DNA from: Candidatus Gottesmanbacteria bacterium
Lineage (GTDB): Bacteria > Patescibacteriota > Microgenomatia > UBA10105 > UBA927
DNA: 64,000 nt
Direction: 5' to 3'
Assembly (NCBI GenBank): GCA_023245335.1
Contig: JAHFKK010000001.1
Coordinates: forward strand, 363,282 to 427,281
Under the pieces are notes generated by a model. It was given only the letters and a program-made list of their open reading frames with translations. It was not told the DNA's origin and made no database searches. A program made the translations under genes and the position numbers. Positions 46,463 to 55,076 of the stretch are shown here, one piece after another (positions within the stretch are counted from its first letter, which is position 1; every line of letters begins with the position of its first letter).

Positions 46463-47011
46463 ATGGCAGAATATTCAGAAGGGTACGGCAAACGGCCGTT
46501 ATGGCAATGGGTTCTTTTGTATGTAGTGATTGGCGGGCTTGTCTACGGGCTCATCTATTATTTTCTCATGGGTAATAAAGGCGGATATAACTACGGATCC
46601 GCGAACAGTAATCCGACGACTACCATGCAGGGCGCGCCGTCCGGAGCAGTTGCGAGTCCGTCGCCGTCTGTGGGCAGTATGAACAAAGTGACGGTTGATT
46701 TGGCGGCTGAAAACGGGTCCGGTGAGACCGGGACAGCAACACTTGAGCAGCAAAACGGTAAAGTGGTGGTGACGATTGCGCTCACCGGTTCCAAATCGGG
46801 GGTGGCACAGCCCGCACATATCCACCTCGGCGCATGTCCGGGAGTGGGTGCGGTCAAGTATCCGCTTACGCCTGTGGTGAACGGATCGTCTGTCACGACG
46901 CTTGCGGTCCCTATGGACGATCTCAAGGCCAATTTACCTTTGGCGCTCAACGTTCATAAGTCGGCGAGTGAGGTAAGTGTATATACGGCCTGCGGACCGC
47001 TTGCGCTCTAA
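46463..47011 (+). CDS. Hypothetical membrane-anchored secreted protein
   Basis: N-terminal TM (LWQWVLLYVVIGGLVYGLIYYFLM) and a C-terminal beta-rich domain (PAHIHLGACPG...). Confidence 0.45.
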   Translation: MAEYSEGYGKRPLWQWVLLYVVIGGLVYGLIYYFLMGNKGGYNYGSANSNPTTTMQGAPSGAVASPSPSVGSMNKVTVDLAAENGSGETGTATLEQQNGKVVVTIALTGSKSGVAQPAHIHLGACPGVGAVKYPLTPVVNGSSVTTLAVPMDDLKANLPLALNVHKSASEVSVYTACGPLAL

Positions 47012-47038
47012 GGAAACAAAGCGGTATATAATATTCTT

Positions 47039-47647
47039 GTGGGAAGAGCAATCGCATTTGTATTCCTGGGTATCATCATAGCCGGTTTCGCGCTTCTCGC
47101 ATCGCGGGGAAACGAAGATACCTGGATTTGCCAGAATGGTATGTGGGTGAAACACGGGAATCCAAGTGACCCCAAACCTTTGATTCCCTGCCGCACGAAA
47201 GCCGATCGTATGAATATCTTCAGTCCTGCATTTACCGACAACGGAAAGCTGCCTGCCAAATATAGCTGTCAAGGCGAAGGGATGAGCCCTCCATTTAGCT
47301 TTGTCGGGGTCCCGACGGCGGCCAAATCATTGGCACTTTTCCTCGATGATCCGGATGCACCGTTTGGGATATTTCATCATTGGCTGGTCTGGAACATCGA
47401 TCCCAAGGCGACGGAAATTCAGGAAAATGGCGTACTGGAAGGGGTAGCGATCGGAACAAATAGTGCAGGAGCTTCGGCCTATGAGCCCGCATGTCCGCCA
47501 TCGGGCACGCACCGTTACATATTTACACTCATGGCTCTGGACACCAAGCTCACACTTACGGACACTGCGACCCGGCCGGAATTCGACGCCGCATCCAAAG
47601 GCCATGTCATAGCGACCGCGACACTTACGACGAGATACGCGAAATAG
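47039..47647 (+). CDS. PEBP/YbhB/YbcL-family (Raf-kinase-inhibitor-like) protein with N-terminal TM
   Basis: PEBP motifs FLDDPDAP, HW..WN and HRYIFTLMALD. Confidence 0.75.
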   Translation: MGRAIAFVFLGIIIAGFALLASRGNEDTWICQNGMWVKHGNPSDPKPLIPCRTKADRMNIFSPAFTDNGKLPAKYSCQGEGMSPPFSFVGVPTAAKSLALFLDDPDAPFGIFHHWLVWNIDPKATEIQENGVLEGVAIGTNSAGASAYEPACPPSGTHRYIFTLMALDTKLTLTDTATRPEFDAASKGHVIATATLTTRYAK

Positions 47648-47684
47648 TGAATCGTTTGTTTCGCATTCCCTTTCTATGTTAAGG

Positions 47685-47735
47685 TTGACATATGTTTTAA
47701 CATATGTTAATATATGAGTTGTACTTAACATATGG
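47685..47735 (+). promoter_or_regulatory. Promoter TTGACA-17-TAATAT interleaved with three ACATATG-core palindromic operator repeats
   Basis: TTGACATATGTT at 47685..47696, the perfect 14 bp palindrome TTAACATATGTTAA at 47697..47710, and TTAACATATGG at 47725..47735, which overlaps the ATG of the HTH gene. Confidence 0.6.
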
Positions 47736-47989
47736 ATACAAAACGGTATTTATCCACGACAGACGTAGCAAAGATTTTGGGCGTAAGCCGTATCACGGTG
47801 TTTCAGCGTGTCAAGAGCGGGAAAATTCATGCCGTAAAAGTCGGTCATTCTTATGTGATTGATCCCGCCGATATCGGTGTGGTGACGGGTCAAGCAGTTT
47901 CTCCAAAGCAAAAGTTGGTCATGAATCAGGCGGTCAAGAAAACCGTGGCCGAGTATGGAGATGCGCTCCGCTTACTCGGGAAGGAATAG
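47732..47989 (+). CDS. Excisionase/MerR-type HTH DNA-binding protein; putative antitoxin of Doc
   Basis: LSTTDVAKILGVSRITVFQRVKSGKIHAVKVG helix-turn-helix. Its stop is 5 nt before the Doc start. Confidence 0.6.
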   Translation: MDTKRYLSTTDVAKILGVSRITVFQRVKSGKIHAVKVGHSYVIDPADIGVVTGQAVSPKQKLVMNQAVKKTVAEYGDALRLLGKE

Positions 47990-47993
47990 ATTC

Positions 47994-48413
47994 ATGATAA
48001 CCAAACTCACCATAGATGAAGTGGAATACATTTCATTTACGCTCGCTAAGGAGCTCATGGGATGGAAGGAGCCGATTCCGGATTTCCATACGCGTTTCCC
48101 CAACATATTAGAAAGCAGTCTTCGTGTCCCTTTTCAGACGTTTGACGGCAAAAATCTTTATAAGGGCCTCATCGACAAAGCGGCGATTCTTTTCTATCTC
48201 ATGATCAAAAATCATCCGTTCAAAAACGGGAATAAGCGGATCGCGATGACGACACTGTTTGTATTTCTCTACGTGAACGGTAAATGGCTCAAGGTGGACA
48301 ATCGGGAACTGTATACGTTTGCCGTGTGGGTGGCGGAAAGTAATGCGATGTTTCAGGAGGGAGTGGTGACGTCTATCCGTAAATTTTTGACTACCTACCT
48401 CGTTGAGCGATGA
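47994..48413 (+). CDS. doc: Fic/Doc-family toxin (death-on-curing)
   Basis: Fic/Doc motif HPFKNGNKR (consensus HxFx(D/N)GNKR) within a roughly 140 aa protein. Confidence 0.75.
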   Translation: MITKLTIDEVEYISFTLAKELMGWKEPIPDFHTRFPNILESSLRVPFQTFDGKNLYKGLIDKAAILFYLMIKNHPFKNGNKRIAMTTLFVFLYVNGKWLKVDNRELYTFAVWVAESNAMFQEGVVTSIRKFLTTYLVER

Positions 48414-48423
48414 TTGCCGTGAT

Positions 48424-48666
48424 CTATAAGGGGAGTACGCGTTGGGCAGTCGAGACCGGTGGAGCTTTCTTCACTTTTTCTTTTGCCTCTATAGATTCCG
48501 ATACCATGAGTTCCAAAAGATCGCTTCGGAGAATGGCGTATATCCCGTGTCCTCCCGCAGAAAGATGTCGGGCTTTCAGCATTTTGTGTTCTATCCACCG
48601 GCGGATCGTATCCGGATGTTTGTGGAGAAACCGGGCAGCTTCTTCGACGGTAACGATATCATTCAT
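48424..48666 (-). CDS. Excisionase-family HTH DNA-binding protein
   Basis: VTVEEAARFLHKHPDTIRRWIEHKML, a classic excisionase-type HTH. Convergent with doc. Confidence 0.55.
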   Translation of the reverse strand: MNDIVTVEEAARFLHKHPDTIRRWIEHKMLKARHLSAGGHGIYAILRSDLLELMVSESIEAKEKVKKAPPVSTAQRVLPL

Positions 48667-48806
48667 TGTGACGACCTAGAGTATAGCACAGTGTGCAAGA
48701 GACGGAAGACTTTGTATTGATATTGTAATCTATCTCATCGACAAACCGGCGGTGACGCGCCACTATGACGATGCCGATGAATTTCGGCGCGAAGGGAGGT
48801 AATGGT

Positions 48807-49463
48807 ATGAAAACCCCATTCCTTATTGTAGCCGGAGTCATTCTGATAGGCGTCGGCGCAGTGCTTGTTACGAGAAAGGCGCCATCGCCGCCGCCCCCAA
48901 CTCATGAGACCGTATCTACAAGTCCGACCACAGCAACCGCAACAACCGGAACCTGTAAAGAGGAAAACGTTTCCCTCCCGAACTACTCCGATCCGGGCAA
49001 GCGCCTCCGTAACTGTTTCGTCCAGTATCCCGGTGAACCGAGCCGACAGGACAAAAGTTATTACATCGTGGAGGACACCTGTGGACAGTTTACCCAGGCA
49101 TTTATGGAAGGCACCCTGGGAGGGAAGATTACCCATGTAGCGCCGCCCCAAATCGCAGGGATTAATGACTGCAGTTATTATCTCACCGACAAAGAATACG
49201 TCATGCTCAATCTGGATTATCTGTCCGTCGCCAATCAGAAGACAGGCAATGAGGCTATGGGACGAAAGGTAGAAAAGGCTTCGGGCATACCTATGGATAA
49301 CATGGTCGTGTACCAGGAGGACGGAGCGATCAACGTCATCTATCTCATCCTGGGGCCTGAGAAGTTCTTGTCCCTGCGTCCGAGATCAAAAGCGACGATA
49401 CCGAATGATCGCTTCCTCACCTGGGCGGCAAACATAGGAAGTGCGATCAAGAGCTACAAATAA
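48807..49463 (+). CDS. Hypothetical membrane-anchored extracellular protein
   Basis: RBS GAAGGGAGG. N-terminal TM (FLIVAGVILIGVGAVLV), a PT-rich linker and a Cys-containing ectodomain. Confidence 0.45.
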   Translation: MKTPFLIVAGVILIGVGAVLVTRKAPSPPPPTHETVSTSPTTATATTGTCKEENVSLPNYSDPGKRLRNCFVQYPGEPSRQDKSYYIVEDTCGQFTQAFMEGTLGGKITHVAPPQIAGINDCSYYLTDKEYVMLNLDYLSVANQKTGNEAMGRKVEKASGIPMDNMVVYQEDGAINVIYLILGPEKFLSLRPRSKATIPNDRFLTWAANIGSAIKSYK

Positions 49464-49471
49464 GCTCACGG

Positions 49472-50341
49472 TCAGATTTTGAACCGCTCGACGAAAAACA
49501 TCGATCCCACGATGACGGCTCCACCGAGGAGCTGGTACACATCCAGCCGCTCATGGAGTAAAGGGTACGACAGGATGGTGACAAAGACAGGGGTGAGCGA
49601 CACAATCATCGTCACAAATGAGGCGGTCGCATGTTTGTACGCCCGGTTCCGTACCATCGTGATGCCAAGCGACAGGGCGCTCCCCAGTATGATAAACGGT
49701 ATGTGTCCGGATACCCGCAGAGCGCCAATTCCGACGGCAAAGATAAAAAGGGCGACAGAAGAAACGATAGATATGGCCGCCCCGCTTATGTCCGGATGCA
49801 TCCGGGAGATTGTGTGCTTTATGAGGATGTTGGAAATGAATGCGGCGGACAGTGCGTATACCAGGGTATAGATATCTCCGGTCGTGAGATGTATGCCTTT
49901 CCCGTTGGTTGTGAGTAAGAATGAGCCGAAAAGGATGAGTCCCGCGAGTATCCACTTTTTCACGCTGATGGCTTCTTTGAAAAAGATATACGCGAGGATG
50001 ATAGTGAATACGACGATCGTACGATAGAGAAACGCGAAGTTTGCGGCGGGCGAGTGCAGGAGTGTAATCGACTGCAGGTAGTTGAGGCCCACTGAGGATA
50101 TGACCCCTATACCTACGAGATACCATTTGAATTTAGGCGAAAGCGCTTGGTATTCCTCTCTGTGTTTGCCGAGTATGTATATCCACGGCGGGATCATGAT
50201 GAGGCCGATCCAGACGGTAAGGTTGAGGGGATCCTCGCCTTTCAGAAGAAGATATCGGGTGTTTACGAGCGAGCACGCCCAAAGGAATGCGGTCGCCAGT
50301 GAAAATATAAGTCCCCTGCTCATTCCGGAAAATAACTTCAT
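49472..50341 (-). CDS. EamA/DMT-family transporter
   Basis: 10-TM protein with the duplicated EamA architecture. Start set at the internal Met MKLFSGMSRG. Confidence 0.7.
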   Translation of the reverse strand: MKLFSGMSRGLIFSLATAFLWACSLVNTRYLLLKGEDPLNLTVWIGLIMIPPWIYILGKHREEYQALSPKFKWYLVGIGVISSVGLNYLQSITLLHSPAANFAFLYRTIVVFTIILAYIFFKEAISVKKWILAGLILFGSFLLTTNGKGIHLTTGDIYTLVYALSAAFISNILIKHTISRMHPDISGAAISIVSSVALFIFAVGIGALRVSGHIPFIILGSALSLGITMVRNRAYKHATASFVTMIVSLTPVFVTILSYPLLHERLDVYQLLGGAVIVGSMFFVERFKI

Positions 50342-50518
50342 GTCTTTCGCATTATAGTACAAATATCCCGGTGCGTTCTGTCGGTCATTTCTACCGGTGA
50401 GCAGTATAATGGGACACATGGCGAAGAGTGGAGAAGTGGACGAGCTCCATGCAAAGGTAGTTTCGTATCTTCCTAAACCGGAGTTGACATTTCTCATAGA
50501 GTTTGTAATATATATCAC

Positions 50519-50995
50519 ATGGTTAAAAACATCGTTATTCTCGTTCTGGTTGTTCTTGCTGCAGGTGAAGGATACTTCCTCATGCATAAATCCAATGGTC
50601 CCATGGTACAGGGCGCAGAGCGCGAAAATGCGCAGCAGCCTCGTCCCAGCGGCGCTCCAAACAGGCCGCCGATCCTAGGTAAAGGCGATAAGCTTATGGG
50701 ATCGCCCTTAGAGAAATTTGCATTTAAGATCGCGCCAGGAGATATACCTCCTGAATCCCAAGCCAAACTCACCGGCTTTGCCGTGAAGTCGACGAAACTT
50801 GCTGACGGATCGGAGCAGGTCTCGCTCACGCCGAAAGATGCGGATGATCAGTTCCAACAGTATACCGTCAAACCCGGCCAAGTACTCTATTTCATAGAGA
50901 TGACGGGGTCAGATGATGTCGGCAGTCAGGATTTGGATAAGAACTATCGCGATGACTACGGCATGATCACCGACGCAAACGGCGTGATCCAGTAA
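50519..50995 (+). CDS. Hypothetical secreted protein
   Basis: N-terminal signal/TM (IVILVLVVLAAGEGYF). Promoter TTGACA-16-TAATAT upstream at about 50486..50513. Confidence 0.45.
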   Translation: MVKNIVILVLVVLAAGEGYFLMHKSNGPMVQGAERENAQQPRPSGAPNRPPILGKGDKLMGSPLEKFAFKIAPGDIPPESQAKLTGFAVKSTKLADGSEQVSLTPKDADDQFQQYTVKPGQVLYFIEMTGSDDVGSQDLDKNYRDDYGMITDANGVIQ

Positions 50996-51341
50996 CGTCA
51001 TCCCCCAAACCGTCCTCAACCTCCGATTTGGCAAATATACCCGTTTCAGGTATAATATTAGGCCTATAGGACAGCCTATGACAGGAAAATCATCATCAGC
51101 GAAGGAATCAGTCCCCAGTGTTCTCATCCTCCTTGGACGGACACCAGAAGGCATGGGGTCATTCCTTACGCGTGCCGCAGGAAGGACTGTGCCATTCGAT
51201 GTGGATTATCCACGACTCAAGGCACAACCAGATGTACAACCAGCAACCGGCGCGCGCGCTTCTATAGCCCGACGCGTGGCTGCGCTCAAAAGGGCATTTG
51301 GAATTTAAGTTTTTTTCATTGAGCACAATTTATCGATCTCT

Positions 51342-51704
51342 ATGCCATCAGTACAGAAATTACTACGTAGTGTGAAGCGGGCTAGGAACGAGCTGTTTCG
51401 CGAATCCAAAAATTTGCCTCCGGGTTATTGCGATTTTATAAATAGACCGGTGTCAGAATTCGCATCAGAGAGCCATATCTGGCGCAGTAACGAACCTGCA
51501 GAGATCGGTGATTATCCCTCTCATTTGGTTGCGTCCATCCATACACGCGGGAAGGGCGGTGTCATCATCCAATTCTCCGGAAGCAATAAGAAAGATAGAG
51601 GTATCGTGTTGGGAAGTGTTACCGACATCGAGAACAACGATGAAGTCGTCAAAGCTCTGGAAGAGAAAACCAGAAGGAGAGGATGGAAGTTAGAATTAGA
51701 ATAG
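51342..51704 (+). CDS. Hypothetical protein
   Basis: 120 aa ORF. A promoter TTGGCA-17-TATAAT at about 51030..51060 lies upstream of this cluster. No family recognised. Confidence 0.35.
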   Translation: MPSVQKLLRSVKRARNELFRESKNLPPGYCDFINRPVSEFASESHIWRSNEPAEIGDYPSHLVASIHTRGKGGVIIQFSGSNKKDRGIVLGSVTDIENNDEVVKALEEKTRRRGWKLELE

Positions 51705-51748
51705 GTTTCATTGTCCCGAGCGTGTAAAGTAAGACAGAAATTATTGGT

Positions 51749-52024
51749 ATGCCAATCATAGACGCCATTTCAGCCGAGAAATTAGCAGCGTTGCGAAAAA
51801 TTGGTTCGGATGTGGAAGCACGCAAGAAACAGGAAGCTGCAGATATCCAGCTGGCACTTAGTCTCGGCGAAGAACCCGGCAAACTTACGCACGATCAGCT
51901 TGAGACGTTATTAGATATACAAATGGGCGGAAAGGGAGACCATATCTCGCATCAGGTTATCAGGCGTAAGCTCTGGAAAGGCCATAAGTTCAGTTTCCGC
52001 ATGGCCGGACAGAAAACCAGGTAA
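51749..52024 (+). CDS. Hypothetical protein
   Basis: 91 aa ORF. No family recognised. Confidence 0.3.
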   Translation: MPIIDAISAEKLAALRKIGSDVEARKKQEAADIQLALSLGEEPGKLTHDQLETLLDIQMGGKGDHISHQVIRRKLWKGHKFSFRMAGQKTR

Positions 52025-52030
52025 GGGGAT

Positions 52031-52267
52031 TTAGCGGCCGACAGGATGCAATCGTGTACCCACGCCCCAGTTACGTAGCATCATTTTGGCGAATCGGGGG
52101 TCCAGCCATTCTGCCCTTCTTAGTATCCCCAGATCACGTCGGCCATTTTTATCTTCTATCGCGATCTCGACTTTGCCGGCGAAGCCGGGCTGGACGAGTA
52201 ACCGCGCCCGGTGTGTATTGCCGGATGCTTCATGTACCGTTGCAGTAAACCTTTTTTCGTCAAACAT
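52031..52267 (-). CDS. Hypothetical protein
   Basis: 78 aa ORF, convergent with the previous ORF. No family recognised. Confidence 0.3.
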   Translation of the reverse strand: MFDEKRFTATVHEASGNTHRARLLVQPGFAGKVEIAIEDKNGRRDLGILRRAEWLDPRFAKMMLRNWGVGTRLHPVGR

Positions 52268-52356
52268 ATGTCGTCGGCGGGCTGGTTGCGCCTATAGTAC
52301 CACAAGAAGCTATTTATGGAAAATATACGCAACATAGAGTGGTATAGTGGGATGGT

Positions 52357-52623
52357 ATGGCAAGACGCAGACTGACGTGGGATAGCGACGTCGTACTCAC
52401 GGTACGCATACGGAAATATCTCTGGCATGAGTTTGTACAGGACGTATGTATCGCGATATACGTGGTCTATATTCTATTGAATTCCTTGTCGAAACGGCTC
52501 TTCCATTGTCCCGTCCGGGAATCCTTGAAACGTTTACTCCACGGTATCAAATGGGCTTTCTGGATTTGGTTAGCTGGCGTATGGACCTACCTTCTTGTAG
52601 CCAGCGCCTTTGGTTGGCGCTAA
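52357..52623 (+). CDS. Hypothetical small membrane protein
   Basis: 88 aa with two hydrophobic helices. Confidence 0.3.
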   Translation: MARRRLTWDSDVVLTVRIRKYLWHEFVQDVCIAIYVVYILLNSLSKRLFHCPVRESLKRLLHGIKWAFWIWLAGVWTYLLVASAFGWR

Positions 52624-52665
52624 TAGTCGTGTAGACCTTGGAGGTAAAGAATAGAAAAGTTCAAT

Positions 52666-53421
52666 ATGGCTAAATTTATCGGAGGGACTAGTAAATATCT
52701 AATCCAGCAAAAATTTTATTACATGCTGGGAGGGTATCTTCTCATGATTTGTCTTGTGGTCGCGTTGCTGTGGTATTGGGTGTTTATACTCCATTTTGTC
52801 CACAATATTTGGGTTATTTTGACAGCTACGATAGTTTTTCTTATCGTTTACAAGGTCATTACTTACTTTGTTAATGACGGGATGAAGCACGAATTTGCTT
52901 TTGGTTATGGGATAACCGGTGAAGCAAAAGTAGCAGAGGAACTCAACCGTTTACCCGCCAGCTACACAGTTATTCAAGATGTGAAACTTTCAGATACAAA
53001 GACAAACATTGATTTTGTAGTCCTTGGCCCAAATGGAATATGGGCAGTTGAAGTAAAAAGTCACAAAGGCAATATCACTTATGATGGAAGCCGGTTGTTG
53101 AGATATGGCCGGCCACTCGAAAAGAATTTTATCGGTCAGTCACGTCTCGAGGCTACCGCGCTAACTGATTATCTTCAGTCACATATAGACCGTCACATAT
53201 ATGTTGATTCACTCCTCGTATTTTCAAGTCCAAAAGCGACCATGCGCTTTGGTGAGCACCCGATACAAGATGTGGTTATAATTGGTGCTTCATGGCTTAA
53301 CCGGCATATCCTTGAACATCAGTCGCAAATTAAGTTTACACCGCAGGATATCGACCAAATTGCACGTGTCCTGCAATTAGAAAAAATAGATGGTAGTAAA
53401 CCTGCAATGGGTGTAAAATAG
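52666..53421 (+). CDS. NERD (nuclease-related domain) protein with N-terminal TM helices
   Basis: Three N-terminal hydrophobic helices, then a NERD-like core (GEAKVAEELNRL...IDFVVLGPNGIWAVEVKSHKGNI). AT-rich. Confidence 0.65.
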   Translation: MAKFIGGTSKYLIQQKFYYMLGGYLLMICLVVALLWYWVFILHFVHNIWVILTATIVFLIVYKVITYFVNDGMKHEFAFGYGITGEAKVAEELNRLPASYTVIQDVKLSDTKTNIDFVVLGPNGIWAVEVKSHKGNITYDGSRLLRYGRPLEKNFIGQSRLEATALTDYLQSHIDRHIYVDSLLVFSSPKATMRFGEHPIQDVVIIGASWLNRHILEHQSQIKFTPQDIDQIARVLQLEKIDGSKPAMGVK

Positions 53422-53443
53422 GGCAGATCAGAACTATTTTTAT

Positions 53444-55075
53444 ATGCCACAGCTTACTTGGATCGGAAAAGATAAAGTCGAAAACCACGACAAGGACCTT
53501 CCTTTTCGAGTGCTGAAACCAAACAAAAAACTTTCAGTCGGTGAGGACGACAATCTTCTTATACAAGGTGACAATCTCGAAGCATTAAAAGCTTTAATGC
53601 CGTTTTACTACAATAAGATTAAGTGTATTTATATTGATCCACCATATAACACGGGAAACGAGAAGTGGGTTTATAACGACAAGGTAAATTCGGCCCGAAT
53701 TAAAAAATGGCTTCATTCCGTAGTAGGAACGGAAGATCTTGAACGTCACGATAAGTGGTTATGTATGATTTATCCTAGAATTAAACTTCTTAGGGATTTA
53801 TTAAAAGAAGACGGTGCTATTTTTGTTTCGATAGACGATAACGAAGTAGACAATCTTAGGCTTTTAATGGACGAAGTATTTGGGTCTAAAAACTTCGTAG
53901 CTATGATAATAGTTCAAATTAATCCAAGAGGAAGAACATTAGATAGATTTTTAGCTAAAACCCACGAGTATATTCTTCTTTATGCGAAAAATGCCGAACT
54001 CGATTCTTGTATAAATCTTATTCCTAAAGTAGGTCATTCTTTAGGAACATATAACAAAAAGGACGACAAAGGTATTTATAGAACACTTGAATTAAGAAAT
54101 CGGAACCCCGTTTTTAACCGCAAAAACCGACCTAATTTATATTACCCAATCTTTGTAAATCCTGTTGATTTTAAGATTTCTTTAACTAAAGACACCAAAC
54201 ACACAATTGAGGTTTTCCCCTTGAACAGCACAGGTGTTGAAGGGTGTTGGACTTGGGGAAAAGATAAAGTAGCACAAGAAATAGGTACTCTACTTGGCAA
54301 AAAGGTTTCTACCGGTGTATGGAGAATCTATAGAAAAGATTACCTTTACGACGATCAGGGAAATGAGTCATTAACTAAGGCAAAAGCACTTTGGACAGAA
54401 TCAGAATTTAATAATGAAAATGGGAAAGAGATTGTAAGGAAAATATTTGGTGGGAATTCGCCCTTTGACTATCCAAAATCGGTAGATCTGATTAAGCATT
54501 GTATCAAATTAGGATCTGGAAGTAGCGATATTATTATGGATTCTTTCGCCGGATCAGGTACCACAGGTCACGCAGTATTAGAATTAAATAAAGAAGATGG
54601 TGGTAAACGAAAGTTTATATTGGTCGAGCTTGAAGAGGAAATAGCTAAAAAAACAACCGCAGTTAGACTTCAAAAAGTAATCAAAGGATATAACGGAGCT
54701 ATGTATCCTAACGGGACAGGGCAAGGCTTCCAGTATTTAGATTTAAACGGAGAATTATTTGACAGAACAGGTATTATAAACAACGTAGTAAATTACGAAG
54801 ACCTAGCCTCTTATATTTACTTTACTGAAACAAAGTCATATTTAGATCTAGGAATAATCAGAAATTCCTATATAGGTAGTTTTGGTTCAAATAATTATTT
54901 CTTATTATTCAACGGTATAGGAAAGAATGTTTTAGACGAGAGGTTTTTAAAGTCAATTTCCAGATATGAAGGGAAAAAGGTTGTATTTGCCGATAAATGC
55001 CTATTAGACGACGATTATTGTGAAAAGCACAACATTGTCTTTAAACAAATTCCTTACGAATTAAAGAAATATTAA
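53444..55075 (+). CDS. mod: Type III restriction-modification methyltransferase (Mod), N6-adenine beta-class
   Basis: Motif IV IYIDPPYNTGN near the N-terminus and motif I DSFAGSGTTGHA near residue 365, the beta-class order. AT-rich. Directly followed by res. Confidence 0.85.
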   Translation: MPQLTWIGKDKVENHDKDLPFRVLKPNKKLSVGEDDNLLIQGDNLEALKALMPFYYNKIKCIYIDPPYNTGNEKWVYNDKVNSARIKKWLHSVVGTEDLERHDKWLCMIYPRIKLLRDLLKEDGAIFVSIDDNEVDNLRLLMDEVFGSKNFVAMIIVQINPRGRTLDRFLAKTHEYILLYAKNAELDSCINLIPKVGHSLGTYNKKDDKGIYRTLELRNRNPVFNRKNRPNLYYPIFVNPVDFKISLTKDTKHTIEVFPLNSTGVEGCWTWGKDKVAQEIGTLLGKKVSTGVWRIYRKDYLYDDQGNESLTKAKALWTESEFNNENGKEIVRKIFGGNSPFDYPKSVDLIKHCIKLGSGSSDIIMDSFAGSGTTGHAVLELNKEDGGKRKFILVELEEEIAKKTTAVRLQKVIKGYNGAMYPNGTGQGFQYLDLNGELFDRTGIINNVVNYEDLASYIYFTETKSYLDLGIIRNSYIGSFGSNNYFLLFNGIGKNVLDERFLKSISRYEGKKVVFADKCLLDDDYCEKHNIVFKQIPYELKKY

Positions 55076-55076
55076 T

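Noticed and set aside
48442-48720. 92 aa + strand ORF overlapping the minus-strand HTH gene
   Set aside because: The opposite strand encodes a textbook excisionase-type HTH with a proper start, while this ORF has no features.
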